Below are positions 60,988-61,536 of a DNA stretch of 61,536 nucleotides, piece after piece. This stretch comes from Oscillospiraceae bacterium (GTDB lineage Bacteria > Bacillota > Clostridia > Oscillospirales > JAAYXM01). The stretch is from the NCBI GenBank assembly GCA_017559985.1, contig JAFYPW010000017.1, positions 1 to 61,536 of the forward strand. The letters are read 5' to 3'. The notes below the pieces were generated by a model. It saw nothing but the letters and a program-made list of their open reading frames with translations, did not search any database and was not told the origin of the DNA. How positions within the stretch are numbered: position 1 is the stretch's first letter; every line of letters begins with the position of its first letter. A program made the translations under genes and the position numbers.

Positions 60988-61536
60988 ATGAATAATGCAC
61001 GAACTGACCTTGCTGTTGAAGCGCGCGAAGTGTGGCAGGAAAGTGCTGCCGAAAATACGGCTTTAAAGGGCGTCTGGGCGCGCGAAATAGATATAGACGG
61101 CTTTACCGTCTCCCGCGTCAAAATCCTCGACGAGGACGGTTCAAAGGCTCTTGGAAAGCCGTGTGGCTCTTACACAACAATTGAGCTTGGCGGTGCTTCC
61201 CGTCGCGATGCCGCCTCATTCCAAAAAGCCGTGTCGGCAATTTCAGGGGAGCTTTCCGAAATGCTTCCGAAAACACGCGGCACTGTCCTCATAGTAGGGC
61301 TTGGAAACGAGGGGATAACGCCCGATGCCGTCGGTGCAAGCACGGTTTCACACATTATGGTAACGCGACACCTTGTCGAACAGTTTCCGCAGGATTTCGG
61401 TTCTCTGCGCGCTGTATCTGCTGTTGCTCCTGGTGTGCTCGGGATGACGGGTGTTGAGAGCGGAGAGATTATCCGCGGCATTATAGAACACATAAAGCCC
61501 GATTTTGTAATCGTTATAGATGCACTTGCCTCAATG
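60988..61536 (+). CDS. gpr: Germination protease GPR (partial, runs off window end; not in the ORF track)
   Basis: MNNARTDLAVEARE, GKPCGSYTTIE, IVGLGN..ITPDAVG, VTRHL, APGVLGMTGVE, VIDALAS; divergent from rpsT as in other spore formers. Confidence 0.93.
   Translation, partial: MNNARTDLAVEAREVWQESAAENTALKGVWAREIDIDGFTVSRVKILDEDGSKALGKPCGSYTTIELGGASRRDAASFQKAVSAISGELSEMLPKTRGTVLIVGLGNEGITPDAVGASTVSHIMVTRHLVEQFPQDFGSLRAVSAVAPGVLGMTGVESGEIIRGIIEHIKPDFVIVIDALASM

Noticed and set aside
1-61536. Genome-wide TAG reassignment suggested by the glnA amber codon
   Set aside because: greA, ribF, infB and ddl end in TAG at normal lengths, and I found no other interrupted gene.
1-61536. CRISPR array, rRNA, T-box or riboswitch (e.g. 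before lysS or ribF)
   Set aside because: No regularly spaced repeats or rRNA-like sequence seen; those intergenic gaps are too short for such leaders.

Overview
A core-genome segment of a spore-forming clostridial Firmicute (Oscillospiraceae/Ruminococcaceae-like by gene content and order; inference). Almost all genes are on the minus strand. In window order: partial tRNA-Leu, recR, ybaB, dnaX, large SRP RNA (ffs), asnA, glnA interrupted by one in-frame TAG, a radical SAM gene, rnc, plsX, trmFO, topA, dprA, TrmH-family gene, lysS, greA, S41 peptidase, M23/EnvC, ftsX, ftsE, CdaR-type regulator, ribF, truB, an rbfA-DHH fusion, infB, ylxQ, ylxR, nusA, rimP, a second S41 peptidase, murI, ddl, hemolysin III, phosphomutase, rlmH, yycJ, murA, yycI, yycH, walK, walR, NUDIX, cinA, thiI, YnbB-like and CofE-like genes, an Rnf-like operon, upp, folA, thyA, an AT-rich accessory block beside tRNA-Val(GAC), rpsT and partial gpr. 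The best candidate for an undescribed system is the Rnf-like operon (49615-55073). RnfC and RnfD keep their motifs, RnfA/RnfE lack 3 of 4 Fe-S cysteines, RnfG lacks the FMN-attachment motif, the rnfB position holds a 57-aa membrane peptide absent from the ORF track, and the operon ends in a membrane-anchored glycoside-hydrolase-like protein with a degenerate catalytic motif. Also notable: the amber codon in glnA, an rbfA-DHH fusion explainable by a 1-bp deletion, and a 2.3-kb polysaccharide-modification cassette bracketed by two copies of the thyA promoter/RBS. All family calls come from motif recognition by eye; no searches were run.
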